In this document: positions 1-13,190 of the stretch, in pieces
Layout of the letters: each line of letters starts with the position of its first letter
Position numbering within the stretch: the stretch's first letter is position 1
Source of the DNA: Podarcis cretensis
Taxonomy: Eukaryota
Reading direction: 5' to 3'
Assembly (NCBI GenBank): GCA_951804945.1
Contig: OX638164.1
Location: 8,060,001 to 8,124,000 of the forward strand
DNA length: 64,000 nt
Translations under genes and position numbers: made by a program
Notes under the pieces: model-generated
Database searches by the model: none
What the model saw: only the letters and a program-made list of their open reading frames with translations
What the model was told of the DNA's origin: nothing

Positions 1-2120
1 CATTTCTGATCAGCAGTGTCAAGTACTCAAGAGCAGACTTTCTTGTTTGCAGCCTGCCAGACTTTTAATCCATTAACCATCAGTTGTGTCTGTGGGAAGA
101 TACACATCAGTGGTAAAAGAGGGGAGCGAGAAAGAAAATAGTTTAAGGCCAAATGCATGTTATCTTTGAGACTGGAATTCTATATTTACATGTCAAGAAT
201 AAAAATAAACACTCGCTGGTGAGACTCTTTTTTGAGGAGGGGAGGAACACTATATTAGAATACATTTTTAAACGACTGGTTACCTTTATATCCCACCCTT
301 TCCCCCAGGCATCTCGGAATGGCAGTTTTGCTTCACACAGTGAGTTTCATGGCTAAGCTGGAACGTGAACCAAAGGTTTCCTGTACACGAAAGCCCTGCC
401 CTCTGGACCAGGGAAATCAAACTGGCTATCCCTGGAACTAATATGAAACACAAAGCAATTATTATTGTTGTTACTATACCTATATTAAGCTGTCTCATAA
501 CACTGTTCTGAGGGCAACTCACAGATATTTTATAGTCACACTTCTAAATGTTTATTCAGAATAAACATGAGTCGGACAAAAGAAAAAAGAAAAAGGTGAA
601 CCAAACCATCCAGGGCTTCAGACAAGAGCATCCCACTCACCATGAGTTAGATTTCTGGATCTCATAGAAACTACCACTATGAAGAATGGGTTATACGGTG
701 TTACCCCTAGTGGGGCACCACAGTATTCTTAATAGTGGTAGTTTCTACACTGAGATCCAGAGAAAGGAGAGTTCGTTCTGAAAGCAAAGCATGCGCTCTA
801 GGCTTGGTGCAAAGACTTTCCTTTCTTATTTTCCTTCTGATAGTGGCCTCATTCACACATAACAACAAGCCTTGGTTAATGGCTTAATGGGATGAAGTAG
901 CATGCTAGTGCCTGCTGCCAATCACTCTCTCTTTCCTCCTCCCCCGCCCCCAGATGCACTGGCTTACAGAGGAGCCCCCAGGGCAAGGCAGGTTGCTCAC
1001 CAAGGATTACTCCTAGTAACAACTTGCTCTGACAAAGGTTGGAAGCAAACACAGCTACTTGGAGGCTCTGCTTCCCAGTTCACCTCTCCTAGGCTGCACC
1101 CCTTTGTGGAAAACAGGGCTCTCTTATTAAAGGGCCAACATTTTAAGGCCTCCTACCTAGTGCACTCTCTGCGCACTGTGAATATTCTACCCTTCGTTTC
1201 ACAGGTCCTGGTGCTGTGGGATCTGGTTCAGCAAGCTCCTGCCTTCCCAACCTCAAAGTTCAGCTGGCCTCTCAACAACATGAGGCTCAGAGCAAGGAAC
1301 CCGGTCTGGCTCCTTAGCTGGTAGCACTGTAGCCTCAGACTTTGTGTCCTGATCACGGATGGACTCTGGAGTCATGACAAAGATTGTTATCTCTCTTGAA
1401 GAAATTCTGGTCATGGTTTGCTAGCAAGGAGGGGGGAAACATCAAGCCAAGGTTTCATGACTTGTACTTCTGCTTGCACCAAGAGAAAAGTGAAGTGGGA
1501 GTGATAAGTAAAGATGCACTAGCATGGCTTATCCGTGTGTGGACTAGTCTTCATTTATTCCTGATTTCTAGTACAAAATGAGAGACCTGAATGAATCCTG
1601 GCCGGGTTTCATATTCATACAAAGTTACTTCAAGGTACCTGGCATTCCCTTTAGGGAACTTTGTTTACTTCACACCTTTGAGACCAAAATAACCTACCTG
1701 GTCTGGAGCAAAGACCTTGTTTCTAATCCTGGCTCTATCTCCCACCTCCAAAAGCTTCCCATCACCTTTCTTCTTAAATAAGTCACTTTGACTTCCTTCA
1801 CCTCCACCTTGTCTTGTACATTTAGGTGTTAACCCTGTTCAAGCAGACACCATGTCTGCTTCTCTCGACAGTGTCTTTTTCATGGGGCCTGTTTCTGTCT
1901 AGCTTTGAGCATTTTTAAAAATAGGGTTAGCAGGCTTTCTGTGAGTTCATGGAGCCTCTTAGGAGGAAATAAACTTATTAGGCCATAGGCCTATTGGCCT
2001 TTTTATGCTAAACTGTTTTTGTGAGTTTGGATAAACGAATGAATTGTGAATGTAATGCTGTCACTACCATATTGTTATTTATTCTACTAAAACAAATGGT
2101 TGATCTGGTCTATGATCTAG

Positions 2121-2198
2121 TTGAGATTCTTGCATTGCAGGGGGTTTGACTAGATGACCCTCACAGGCCTGTCCAACTCTACAATTCTATGATTCTAT
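2121..2198 (+). mobile_element. CR1 3' terminus
   Basis: ttgactagatgacc...ccaactctacaattctatgattctatg, the CR1 hairpin plus ATTCTATG octamer repeats. A weaker copy lies at 2436-2483. Confidence 0.8.
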
Positions 2199-4169
2199 GT
2201 TAGGAATTGAGCATTATTGTATTAACTACTGAAATTAATAAAACCACTGAATACTCAGCTAGATTCCTTTTTCATTTTTGTACTGTTATGGGGCGGAAGT
2301 TGGGAGTGATGTTATTGTTAATACATTTACATCTGCTGTGAAGCACCTTGAGTGCAGTAACTGCGGGAAAGGAGTATAAAGACAAACACATGTCATGACT
2401 CAAGTATGCTGCCAGATGTGAGCATCAATGAAACTGGTGGACTGCATGACCTGTGAGGTACCTTCCAACTCTGTAGTTCTATGAAGCTGTTCAGGTGTTC
2501 AAATCTTTGTTTGAGGTCTGTTCTTCTTTGCTTGATGGGAACTGTAGTCTAAGGACTCATGGAAGGAGACAGTCTCTCCATCTGTGATTTACAATGACTG
2601 ATAAAGCGGTCGGCTTGAAGAACAGAAGGCTTTAGAGAAATATAAGAGTGGCTGGTTGGCTGGGCATGGGTTGCTGTTGTCCACCCGCAGAAGAACACAG
2701 ACAAGGTACCAAGGTACCACTGCCTCACAATTCTGTAGGGCACTGAACTCTGGTTCAAGAAGCATCCTTGAGTACTTTAATCCAGCTTTTCTCAGATAAC
2801 ACGTCAGTAGCCTCTACTGGTTGTGAGTTATAACTAGCAAACGACAGTGTTTTTCTTATGTTTCTGGTTAATACCATGTAACTGGAGCCACAACAGTTAA
2901 ACACAGACATCATTAAACAAAGGGGAGAGGGAGGTAAACCTCCCCACCCCAGACAAGCTCAAAAAGCAGATCACTGTGAAAGACAGAAACAATCCTGCTG
3001 AAGCAGTGCCTCCACACAGGGGTCCTTAGATGCAGCCAGTATAAAGTGCCTTTGACTTTGACGCGCTGCGCAACGGAGACACAGATGAAGTGGAAGATAC
3101 TGTTTGCTGGGAGTATGTAGATACAATCCCCTACACCTACTTTTATTCTTTTTAATCATTTCATCTGGTTAATGTACAACATTCAAAGGGGCTGAGAAAG
3201 CACAAACAGTGTGCTCCAAGAAAATGCATTGTTTTTCTTTAACAACATTAGCAAATGGGAAAAAAAAAGTATGAAGAAGCAGCAGCTCAAGAGCTAATCA
3301 GGACTCTTAAGGCATGGTGCTCTCTGCCATCTCTCTAACATCATTTTCTCTTCATTACTGCCTAATACGGTTTCCAATTGTTGTATTATAATATGTTGGT
3401 ACCTGGGGCTAGGGTTCTGGGGGCAGAACTCAGAGATTTTCGAAGGGGCTGAGAATGCCTATTATCCTAAGATCATGTTTAATCTGTGTTTCCAGTAACT
3501 AACACTGGGTTCAGTTCACATGCAGAACTAATTGTGATAAAATGAGGGCAGAGAGAGAGGTATTCTCGGTGGCTCCCCCTGAAACTATGTCCAACAACCA
3601 TGGTATCCTTCTGGATTGTTTTGCTGGGATTGGGGGTTTGGTGCAGCTGTTTTGGGTGGCTCCAATCTTTCTTGAAGGAAGATCTGGTGCTGGAGGGTTG
3701 ATGCCTTGGCCTATGGCATGAAAAAACAACATGGCAGCCCCCTGCTGTTGTGGACTACAACTTCCATCATTCCTTTCCATTGGGCTAGCTGATTGGGTTT
3801 GATGGGAGTTGCACACAACATCTAGAGGGCACCATGCTGCTTGCTTTCTGAGATAATCTATGAAGGTTGGTCCCAATGTGCAAAAAGGGTTTTTTCTGTA
3901 GTGATACCTGCTATGTGTCCCTTGAAGTTAGATTATCTCCTCCTTTGCTGGCATTCTGTTATGATTTCAAAACCTTTCCTCCAGCAAGCAGTTAAAGTTA
4001 GCACTCTTCACAGAAGAGGCATCCTCCCACCCCGGGTGTAAAGAGACAGGGAATAATGTTTATTTTCACTAGTCACCTCCAGCTGGCTCACCCCCCCCCA
4101 TTATTATTTTTTAGTTATTCCAATTCATTTTATTTTTATCAACCAGACATCATGCAATTTCAGTGAAAA

Positions 4170-4596
4170 GTCATCCGGTTATTGGCATCAGTCTGTCTCG
4201 AAAGACAATGGAGTGTGCCTCAAAGGGTGAAGTCAAACCGCTGTGTTAGCAGCATCAAAGTGACCTCTCTGGAGTGCAAGTCTGGGCACTGTGTATGGGA
4301 GTCCATGGCTGCCAAGATGACAAAATTCAGTAATGTGGTCCAAAGGAAAGCAGAGCAATGGGCCTGGCATCAGCATGGCTGCAGGAGTTGCCAGAAGGAG
4401 GCACACAAGGCACCATCCAACTGTCTTAGGGACTCCACTCTGGATTTGGGTATGTTTTACTCCTTAGCCTTTTCTTCTCCCAAAGATATTCCTTCCACAA
4501 GGCAGCGGAGGTTTAGGATCAGAGTTTTCCTTCTCGTAGATGGGCTACCTTCCCAGGTTTCTGAGCCCCATTTGCCTCTCACTTCCCTCTACAGCA
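4170..4596 (-). mobile_element. Short RTE-derived non-autonomous retroposon (RTE 5'UTR-like segment joined to an RTE 3' end)
   Basis: The minus strand carries ggaaggtagcccatctacgagaaggaaaactctga (RTE 5'UTR-type motif) and ends ccattgtctttcgagacagactgatgcc (RTE-type 3' end). No ORF. Confidence 0.6.
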
Positions 4597-7500
4597 TTTA
4601 GATTCATATTGGACAGGACTCCCACATAATTATGATTGTACACACTAAAAGATACAGGCTTCTGAGGGGGAAAGTAAAATACAAATGAAATGTCTATTAA
4701 AAAAAAAAAAGATGAAACACAAAAGTTATGAAACTCATTTCCTGACCTTTGCATGACATAAGCACTGAGACAAATTCCTTTATATAATCCTTTTGGAAAT
4801 AAATATATTGTATGTATGTAGGATCTATTTTAGGAATCCCACTGTATCATCCAACAATTAAATTGTTTCAATATTTACAGTGCCTTAGGCTGCCAAGTTT
4901 GAAGTTAGAGTAATGCAATAGTTATTTAAAAGAAGAAGAAAAAAAAACTAGAAACAAGGAGGTAAAAGAGTCTCAGAGGCCCCTGGGCGGAAGTACCCAA
5001 TGTCAGGAAGCATTTGTTTTTATTTCCTTTGCGCCAAATGAATTTTACTCGTGGCGGTGGTTTAGAGCTGGACCGAATCCATACAGAAGCTAACCAGAAG
5101 CATTTGTTTCTTAAATAAATGCCTCTGCTGGGAACAAGCTATATATAAAGAGGAAACCTCTTTTCTTAACAGCCATATGCTACACAGCCAGCATGCTATT
5201 TACTGCTTTAAAAATAAAATAAAAAGTGAGAGAGGTGAGTAGCTTTAGGTTCCCAACAAAAAGCATTCAACGCATACACAAACACCCCCATTTCTGCATT
5301 TGGATATTTCTATTGAGATACTAAAAAGTCAAGCCAGGATCACAACTCCCCTCAGAGTTTTAATGTGAGCTTTACACACCACACATTCAGGGAAGGGAAG
5401 GGAGAGTGACGCATGCCTAGAATGGCATTCCTGCTTTTCCTGAGTGAACAGTTTGATGCTACCCCTAGCTCCCATTCCCCGCTGTAACAAAGTCAAAGTA
5501 CATGTAACTGCAATAATCACGTATTCTCTCCGTTTACCCCTACACCTTTTACAGTTAAAAGCAATAATTGACACCACTGTCTCCGATACCATGTTCACTA
5601 AAGTATGCCAAAAGCCACTTACTACAGTATGTCAAGAATGCAGGTTGGGAAGAACAACATGAGATGTGGCCCTTCCTAGACTATACTTGTGAAATGCTCA
5701 CATGGTGTGACATGCCATCTTAAGTTCCCCAACAAATAATATATGATTTGCTATTTCAAAGTAACTTAATTTTGGTTTGCCATTGCCCTTATAAACAATG
5801 GAAGGTTACACAGAAGAGGTTAGAGGTGCATTCTGAGAAGAAGTTCTGTGCTTCAGACTAAAATGTGGAAGTTCCTAATTATAATTCACTTTTTGGAATG
5901 GCTGTGTAAAATGATTCGGCTTCAGGTATCATGCGGGAAGGGGTTAAATTAAGAGATTACTAATCTGGCCATGGAGTGAACAAGACCTTGCATAAGATTA
6001 TCAGGGCAGCCAGACAGAGGCAGCTGCCTCCATCAACAGCACAGAACCAGCTCATGCCAAGGCTTTAACCCTTTCCTTCCACAATTATTTATGCGAGTGT
6101 GAACAAATGAAATGGCAGGGCCCACAGAATGCTCATTCGCACCCTTTGTTATCTGCAGCTAAACGTAATGGAAAAAATTGACTGTTTGCTTGACGCAATA
6201 GGGCATGACTCTGTTTACACAGAAATAATAGCTAAACACTGATGGATTCTAAATCTCCATTACGGCAAAAGATTTGAAAGAGTAAAGCGGTTAGGGAAAA
6301 TAATTAGCTCTCCCGTTTGGATTTTTAAAGAGCTTTTCACACATTTGATGGAACGACGTGGCCCTCTTCACTACTGGTTGGCTCTGCAGGGATAGTCAGT
6401 TTTAAATGCACAACCAAAGGAACCCTTCAGCTCACATAAGGATAAGTGAAGAAGGGCCATTCTTTGCCATTAATCCTGAAGGCCTGGAAAGCCCCAGGAG
6501 ATGTCCGATCTATGCTTCCCAAATGCTGTTGGACTACCTCATAAAAGAAATAATAAATTCTGATATAAAGCCAGGCTTCAATGAGATAAATATATAAGCT
6601 CTACATGTCACTGCTTGGATTTGCAGAGCTGAAAAGCACTGTTTCCTCAGTGCTGCATACCTACAGACAGATGGCAACAACTAAAGCTGTGCTGAATTTC
6701 CACCCATTTTTTCCCCCTCCCAGCAAAAGAGTATGGAGGAGTTTCACAATGCTAACACCCACCTGCTTGTTAATGTACCACTTGACACCTGCTCACAGAG
6801 GCTTAGGCACTGGGTTTGCTTTTGTTCAATACACAAAGCCTTCTTACTGAGGAAATCCCAGCCACTCAAGAATCACATGATCAGAGTGATGACATCACAT
6901 TATGACAGAGCCAAATAACATTTGGCTACATGATACCGTAGGGAGATTAAAGTTTCTTGCATTTGCTGTGCATGGGGGGATGTTTGCAACCCAAACCATT
7001 GTGAATATGGGAGGAGGTGTCATTTTGCACTGTGTGAGAGCGGTATTTTAATAAAACATCTCCTCCCACACACCACGTTTTCTTCTCCACCCTATCAGCA
7101 GGTATCAATGTCATTAATTTACAGGTGAAAATATCTGATGGAGAAAGGCATTCCCATGAGATTATATGGAATGCCAGGTGGGGGAAAAACTAGGGGTTGG
7201 CAAGGATGGCCCCTGCCAAGGGCCCAGGCCCGGGGGGGGGGCACAAAACTCACACTTCTCCACTCTGGCTCAAAGTAGTTGCCCATTTGCCTGCTCCCTG
7301 GGCAACTCCTGTGCTGCTCAGGGTTTCCAGGAGGAAGGCAGGAATAGCTCCTTGCCAAGGGCGCAAGGGAGTCTTAGTATGCCTCTGAATGGCAGTAGAA
7401 AGACAGATGGTCAGTTTTTCTTGCTTGCACTTCCTCACTTCTGTCCTGCCCATGCAAACATACGAATTAGTTGTTTTTTTAAACTCAGAAGGAACCAGAT

Positions 7501-8265
7501 CAGGGTTGTTATTGTTCACTGTGTTCACTCCTAGTATTCCTGTTTGCTGAGTTTCCTATATTATCAAAATACAATAAAAGCATAGAAGCATGTGAGCACT
7601 ATAGAAAAAAGTAATAACTTGTATACTGAAGAACATTTAAAACTACAATTACAAATCCATTTGAATCAAGAACAACTGATCAGAGGAATGAACTCAAACA
7701 CCTGATACAGCACTTTTAACAAGTTTCTAATTATCAAATGCCTGACGCATTTTGTAGAAATGTGTAAAAGGATTGTGTAAAAATGCCAGAAATGCTTCTG
7801 ATATACCCCCAAACCCAGCTAAGTCCCAAACTATCTTCTCCAACTCAAAAGGTACACACAAACTACTGTTGTTGTTGAGACAAAACGGGAAAATATGCCC
7901 AGGTTGGTAACATCTGAGCTCTAACAATTCAAGTTTATATCATCATTAAGGGCTGACTAGAAACCCTGGGATTCACTAACTGGAAAAATTCAACTAAGGG
8001 GAGGAAATCTTTTAAAAAACAAACAGTGAGATAGGAAAATTCTGACTGTTATGAAAGTCTGAACCCTGTGGGATGCTTGCAAATATTTTAAATGTGGGGA
8101 GGAGGGAAGAGAATGACCCAAGGAGGCAGTCATCATAAGCTGGAAAAGTGAGGTCAATGGGCTGCTGTGTATGTTTTCTAAAGGCAAAAGACCCCTTTCT
8201 TTTCCTTGCTTCCCTTTAAATCCCTTTGAGGCAACTTCTAAATTATTTAGCAGCGACTCTGATTG

Positions 8266-8319
<54 letters not shown>
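8266..8319. repeat. (GT)n(GA)n compound microsatellite
   Basis: Read directly from the sequence. Confidence 0.98.
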
Positions 8320-8322
<3 letters not shown>

Positions 8323-11300
8323 AGGAAGATGGCAGGAACCAGGGATGCTGGCAAGGGAAGAAGCCTGCTGGTGACATTTGCGCTATCTCTGCGGCACACT
8401 CTGAAAAGCCCCGAGTGCGCCTATTTGAAAATTGTACCATCACTGGCAACAATGGACCACCGGCTCCCCACATTGCTTTAGGTCATATTTACATACAAAA
8501 GCACAGCCACTGTGCAGCTATTGTGCTACAAAGTTTCCATTTGTGACCCATGGTGGGCTTGGGAGAGGAGAGGTCACTGGCAAGTGTATGGAACCTACTG
8601 AGACCCCATTAATTTTTCAGGATTTCTCAGGCTTTGGCCTTTTCAAACTTGGCAGGAGGAGAGAAAAAAAGAAGGGGAGGGAATCTAGTTATGAGTCTCT
8701 CTCTTCTCTCTCTCTCCTACCCCCCCAGTAGCTCGCTCCCCTTTCAAACTGTTTTTTGTCACAACACAGAAAAGAATAGAGCTTGCTCTGAACTTAACCA
8801 TGTTCCCTAATTAGAAAAAAAAAATGGATTGCAGAGTGAAATAAGCGGCACCTTTCTAGAGGGGGAAGTGAACAGGCTCCAGACACACTGGCGTTGCTCT
8901 GAAGTTTCTCTCTGTGGCCCAATTTCTGGAAATTTATTCCAGTTGTAAACCATTAGATGCCAATTTTGTAAATCAATCTTACGATTCAAAAGAACCGAGA
9001 GCATTTTCTGCCTAATAGACTCTGAAAATCTTTTGCCAATGCACAGCTGAGCAAATGTTATCTAAAAACATCTTTATAAATCTCCAGCTATTCTTTCACC
9101 TCACTGCTTTTAAAAGGAGTCCAGCCAAAGGGAACGTAACCCAGGTGTTGAAGAAAGGAGAGGTAACCACTCAGAATGGAGCAATCCTCCCCTCAAATTA
9201 ACGTGCTGTGGGGTGCCTTAGGGTTCCCATGTTGGCTGGAGTAGATCTATATATTTATAATCTCCAAGAGCACTTATCCGTTCTTGCTGGAGTTTCACAC
9301 TGCCTCCTTCCCGTCTGGAACAGAACAGCCCTGAAAACTATGCCCATTGGCAAAGCCTGACAATGAACGACAAGGGGCGGATAACTCATTTGTCCTGTGA
9401 CTTTTTATGAAGCATCTGGGAGATGCAGATTAAGTGAAGATCATTTCCTTTTTATTGGGCCAACTCTAGCTGTTTAAAGATGTTCAGCAAGCTTCAGAGC
9501 CGCAGATGGATCTTCATCCGGCCTAGGGGTTACGAGCACGAGAACAATAAAATCAGATTTCATTTGTTATACACAGGCTATAATTGAGTAACAGCAAAAA
9601 GTTTTTGGAGCAGCCAAGGAAGATGCCAACAGCCTCCATAGCAAACATAACTCTGTCTTGAAGCTTTGCTTGGAAAATATGCAGGCACAAGTATGTGATC
9701 CTGCAGGAGGTGTTTAAATTTAAACCCATCCACCCAGTATCCAAACCTCCCCAGTATTTTGCAAGAGGAAAGGCTGGCTCATTCACTTCAGTGTTGCACA
9801 AGGCTTTGTGTACATCATACTTGCAAAGCATTTCCATCACCTTGAGATGAACAGGCAATCGCTGAACACATGGCATCATGGCCATGCATCAGTCCTCACG
9901 CATACGAAGGAGATGCTGGATGGGGGTGTAATAGATACAGACATACACATTATCCTGCTCTTATGTGGGACTTGCAGCAGGCTCCCATCTGAAGAACTGA
10001 TCAGGCAAACTCCAGTGCCAACTAGACCATTCACTTGAGCACATTTGCCACTTGAAGTCAAACTAATGCCAATACTTTTCAAGCAAAGACCATTCATACA
10101 TTTAGCTAAGAGCCATTGCAAGGAGCATCCAAGATATGAGATCTACTGGTTTGTGGCACCTATTCTGGAGTAACTGCTATGTCTCTCCCAAGACAACAGG
10201 CTCTTCCCTTTCTACAGTATGGTCTTGCATATTTTAGTGCACCTGTGCTTACAGATCAGTCAAGTGTAGCAATTTCCTTTTGATATTACAGTCAGGGGTA
10301 CAAAGTAGTGTGTGAATGGCCCCAGATTCCTGTGTGACCTTGAGTAGGTCATTTTGCTCTATTCTGTTCCTACAAAAGGCAGAGAGGTGCCCAGTCTCAC
10401 AGGGCAGTGAGAAAGAACTAAATGCTGCTGGAGAGGCTGTTCAAATGCTATGGAAATGGGGGCCAGATGAAACTCTAAAGAAAGAGAGATAACAAATGAA
10501 GTCTTTTCTCTGCCACTCACACCTTTTTGTTGGCTCCTTGCTTTAAAATTGCACCTCAAGGCAATAGAGTGCACGCATCGGAGAGCAATTTGGGCTTCTT
10601 TTGTCAAGTTAAGCCACTGTGGTTTTTATCGGAAGGCGCGAAAGGAACGTGCAGCCATAAGTTCTTACATTTGCTCTTGTGCAAATGAAAGGGTTGAATG
10701 CTTTTGTGAAGAAAGCTCCAAGTGGAGAGGCTGAAAGCTCTAAAACCAAGTTTCATAAATGGAGGGCTAAACCCTCAGGATGGAGAGAGGGGAGAAATAT
10801 CCGAGGTTATGTTAATGCTGACAAATTCACTGTATGTTTTAACACAACTTTTCTGTTGTTCCGAAAAATCCTGCGCTCTCTCTTCCGAAGTCTCACACAA
10901 CAGCTGCTTCATTCCTCATCCTCAGACTCCACTCATGAGGAGCTTTCAGAAATAGCCAAGCCATCAGGCAAAGCAGAGATTACAGGCAGGGAGCCGCTCT
11001 CTGCCTTCCTGTGTAAACAAGGGCCAATCTCCATTAACTAGAACTTCATGCTGCCCTAGAAACAGCCACCTCTGGGATCATCAATGCCTCTGGGGCCTCC
11101 CCATAGGGGTCGGGGTGGGGGTTTGGTACTAAAGTTTTTTCAACACCTAAAAAGGCTTACTACTCTCTTTAGCAAAATAAATTTTTCATCAGTCAGCACT
11201 TTGGGGGTTTTTTATGTACTTATTAAAATTTAAGAAACTGAGCCACTGACCCCTATAATTTTTCAATTGTTCACACCACAAAGACTGGCTTGGCTAATTA

Positions 11301-12499
11301 CGACAGAACAGCTGTTGGAAGCGACCTTGCGATCAGCAAGAAAAATAGCGATGAAACGCTGCCTATCTACCAAGATCTGAAGAGTGCATTCTCCTCTCCC
11401 CCCACCTTATTCAAAATAAGTTCAGAAGTTAATTACACACAATATCTCAAAGGGTTATATATGAGCAAACAATTTTGAGAGCCAAATGAACGACTGACCC
11501 GAGGAACACTTGCAGAAAACTTTGGACAATTTCTCTTTCTCTAGAACTGCGGTCACTGCTGTCATCTCAACTTGGGACAAGTATATTGCCTCATGCTCCG
11601 TAAGGAAAAAATTAAACAGAGCAGGTGGAAAAACCTAGTATGATACCCATGCAAACAGGCCCCAAAGAAAGACGGTCCACGTGATCAGCTAGTGCCCATT
11701 CCATTTCACATTGTAGTTTTTGTGGCAAAATAAAGGAAATAAAAATTGGGTCTTTAGGAAAAACAAGTGGAAGCAAAACACTCCTCTTTGCCTGCCTTTA
11801 TACCAAACACAGTTAGCAGGTATGCAATCTAAAGGCCTCCCTGGTCTCAAGAGAGGATCTTAGAATGGGACCCTCTCGGCTCCACATTGTACAAAAGGTG
11901 CAAAACTTATAGCCCCAAACTCAGCATTACATATTTTGGGCTTCTTCTTTTTTTCTACATAATTCTTTAAGCTCAAATTCATCAAGGCTTCTATCCTATG
12001 CATACTTGCTTGAGAGCAAGCTCCACTGAAATCAGTAGCACTCTAAGAAACTGAAGAAGGCCTACCCCTTCTTTGACAGTAGTGATCAATCTAGACTTCG
12101 TCCCATGCTGCACAGTACTTTTAATGTGGGGACCGGGAGTCGAACATTCCTTCCTGGGTCCCTCCTTTTTATCCCTCCCTTTGCTTTTTCTCTTCTAAAA
12201 GAGCAGAGACTCACCTGCCCAAGGCTTTCTGTTGCCACAGTATTTGCTGGAACGTAACACCAGCCACTTATTACTTCAACATAATTTAAGTCAAAACAGG
12301 AGCCTGGGTGAAGTGCATCTACTTGATAACCCTTCCAAAAGTATGGTCACGGTATCAGGATGCAAAAGCCAACCTGATGCTGTTTTCAATTTGATCCTTA
12401 GACGTTAGCAACAAATAAATGTGTCAAAATGGTAACTGCTGATTGCTGCATCAGAACAAATTTGCAAGTCCTGGCTCCAAGATTTGGTCTGAAAGGCCA

Positions 12500-12620
12500 G
12501 GAAGCCGCAGCCTTGCTCAAACTAAGGTCTGGTCAGTGCCTAGATGGGAGACTGCCTGGAAGCCACAACTATGCCGTGTTGAATTCTATGATGGAAGGAA
12601 GGCAGGATAAATAAATAAAT
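12500..12620 (+). mobile_element. 5S rRNA-derived SINE
   Basis: gtctggtcagtgcctagatgggagactgcctgg resembles the 5S internal control region; it is followed by a LINE-like tail and (TAAA)n. Confidence 0.7.
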
Positions 12621-13067
12621 GATGATGTAATGCAAGTGACATCTACTGAATCCCTTGAAAGTTCTCACCATTTTCAACTTTCCCTAAATCACATTAGTAA
12701 AAGGGGAATGTCAAAATCCCACTGGCTTATATAAGGAAAACTGCCAGTGCTACTGAAAACCCAAACAAGTGCACTCTGCTTCCTGGGCAACTGGGTTGCA
12801 ACAAAAGGAGTTCTCTGGGGTGCACAATTATCCCCATGACAAAATTACTCTGCCTAACCAAAACAGATGCCTCGCTCTTTCCAGGAAAACAGCATAGGAG
12901 ACAATTTGTTGGAAATATAGATGGCCACAATTCTCACGAAATGTCATCCATTTCAAAACTGGAGAGAGATAAAAAGAATTCACATGGTTTCTTGAATATT
13001 CAAACAACAGTAGGGAATAAAACTTTTATTTCCACAGGGAATCAGCAACAAGCAATCCTTCTATACA

Positions 13068-13190
13068 AATTATTACATTTATATTCCACCTTTTTCCATC
13101 ATGGAATTCAAGGCAGTGTACCCAGGCAGTCTCCCAACCAGACACTGGCCAGACTCAAACCTGCTTTGCTCCAACAATATGGTTGCCCCC
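13068..13190 (-). mobile_element. 5S rRNA-derived SINE, inverted relative to the 12500 copy
   Basis: Reverse complement: agcaaagcaggtttgagtctggccagtgtctggttgggagactgcctggg...ttgaattccatgatggaa. Confidence 0.7.

Noticed and set aside
12500-12570. 5S rRNA gene look-alikes
   Set aside because: They are partial, diverged and fused to LINE-like tails, so they are SINEs rather than rRNA genes.
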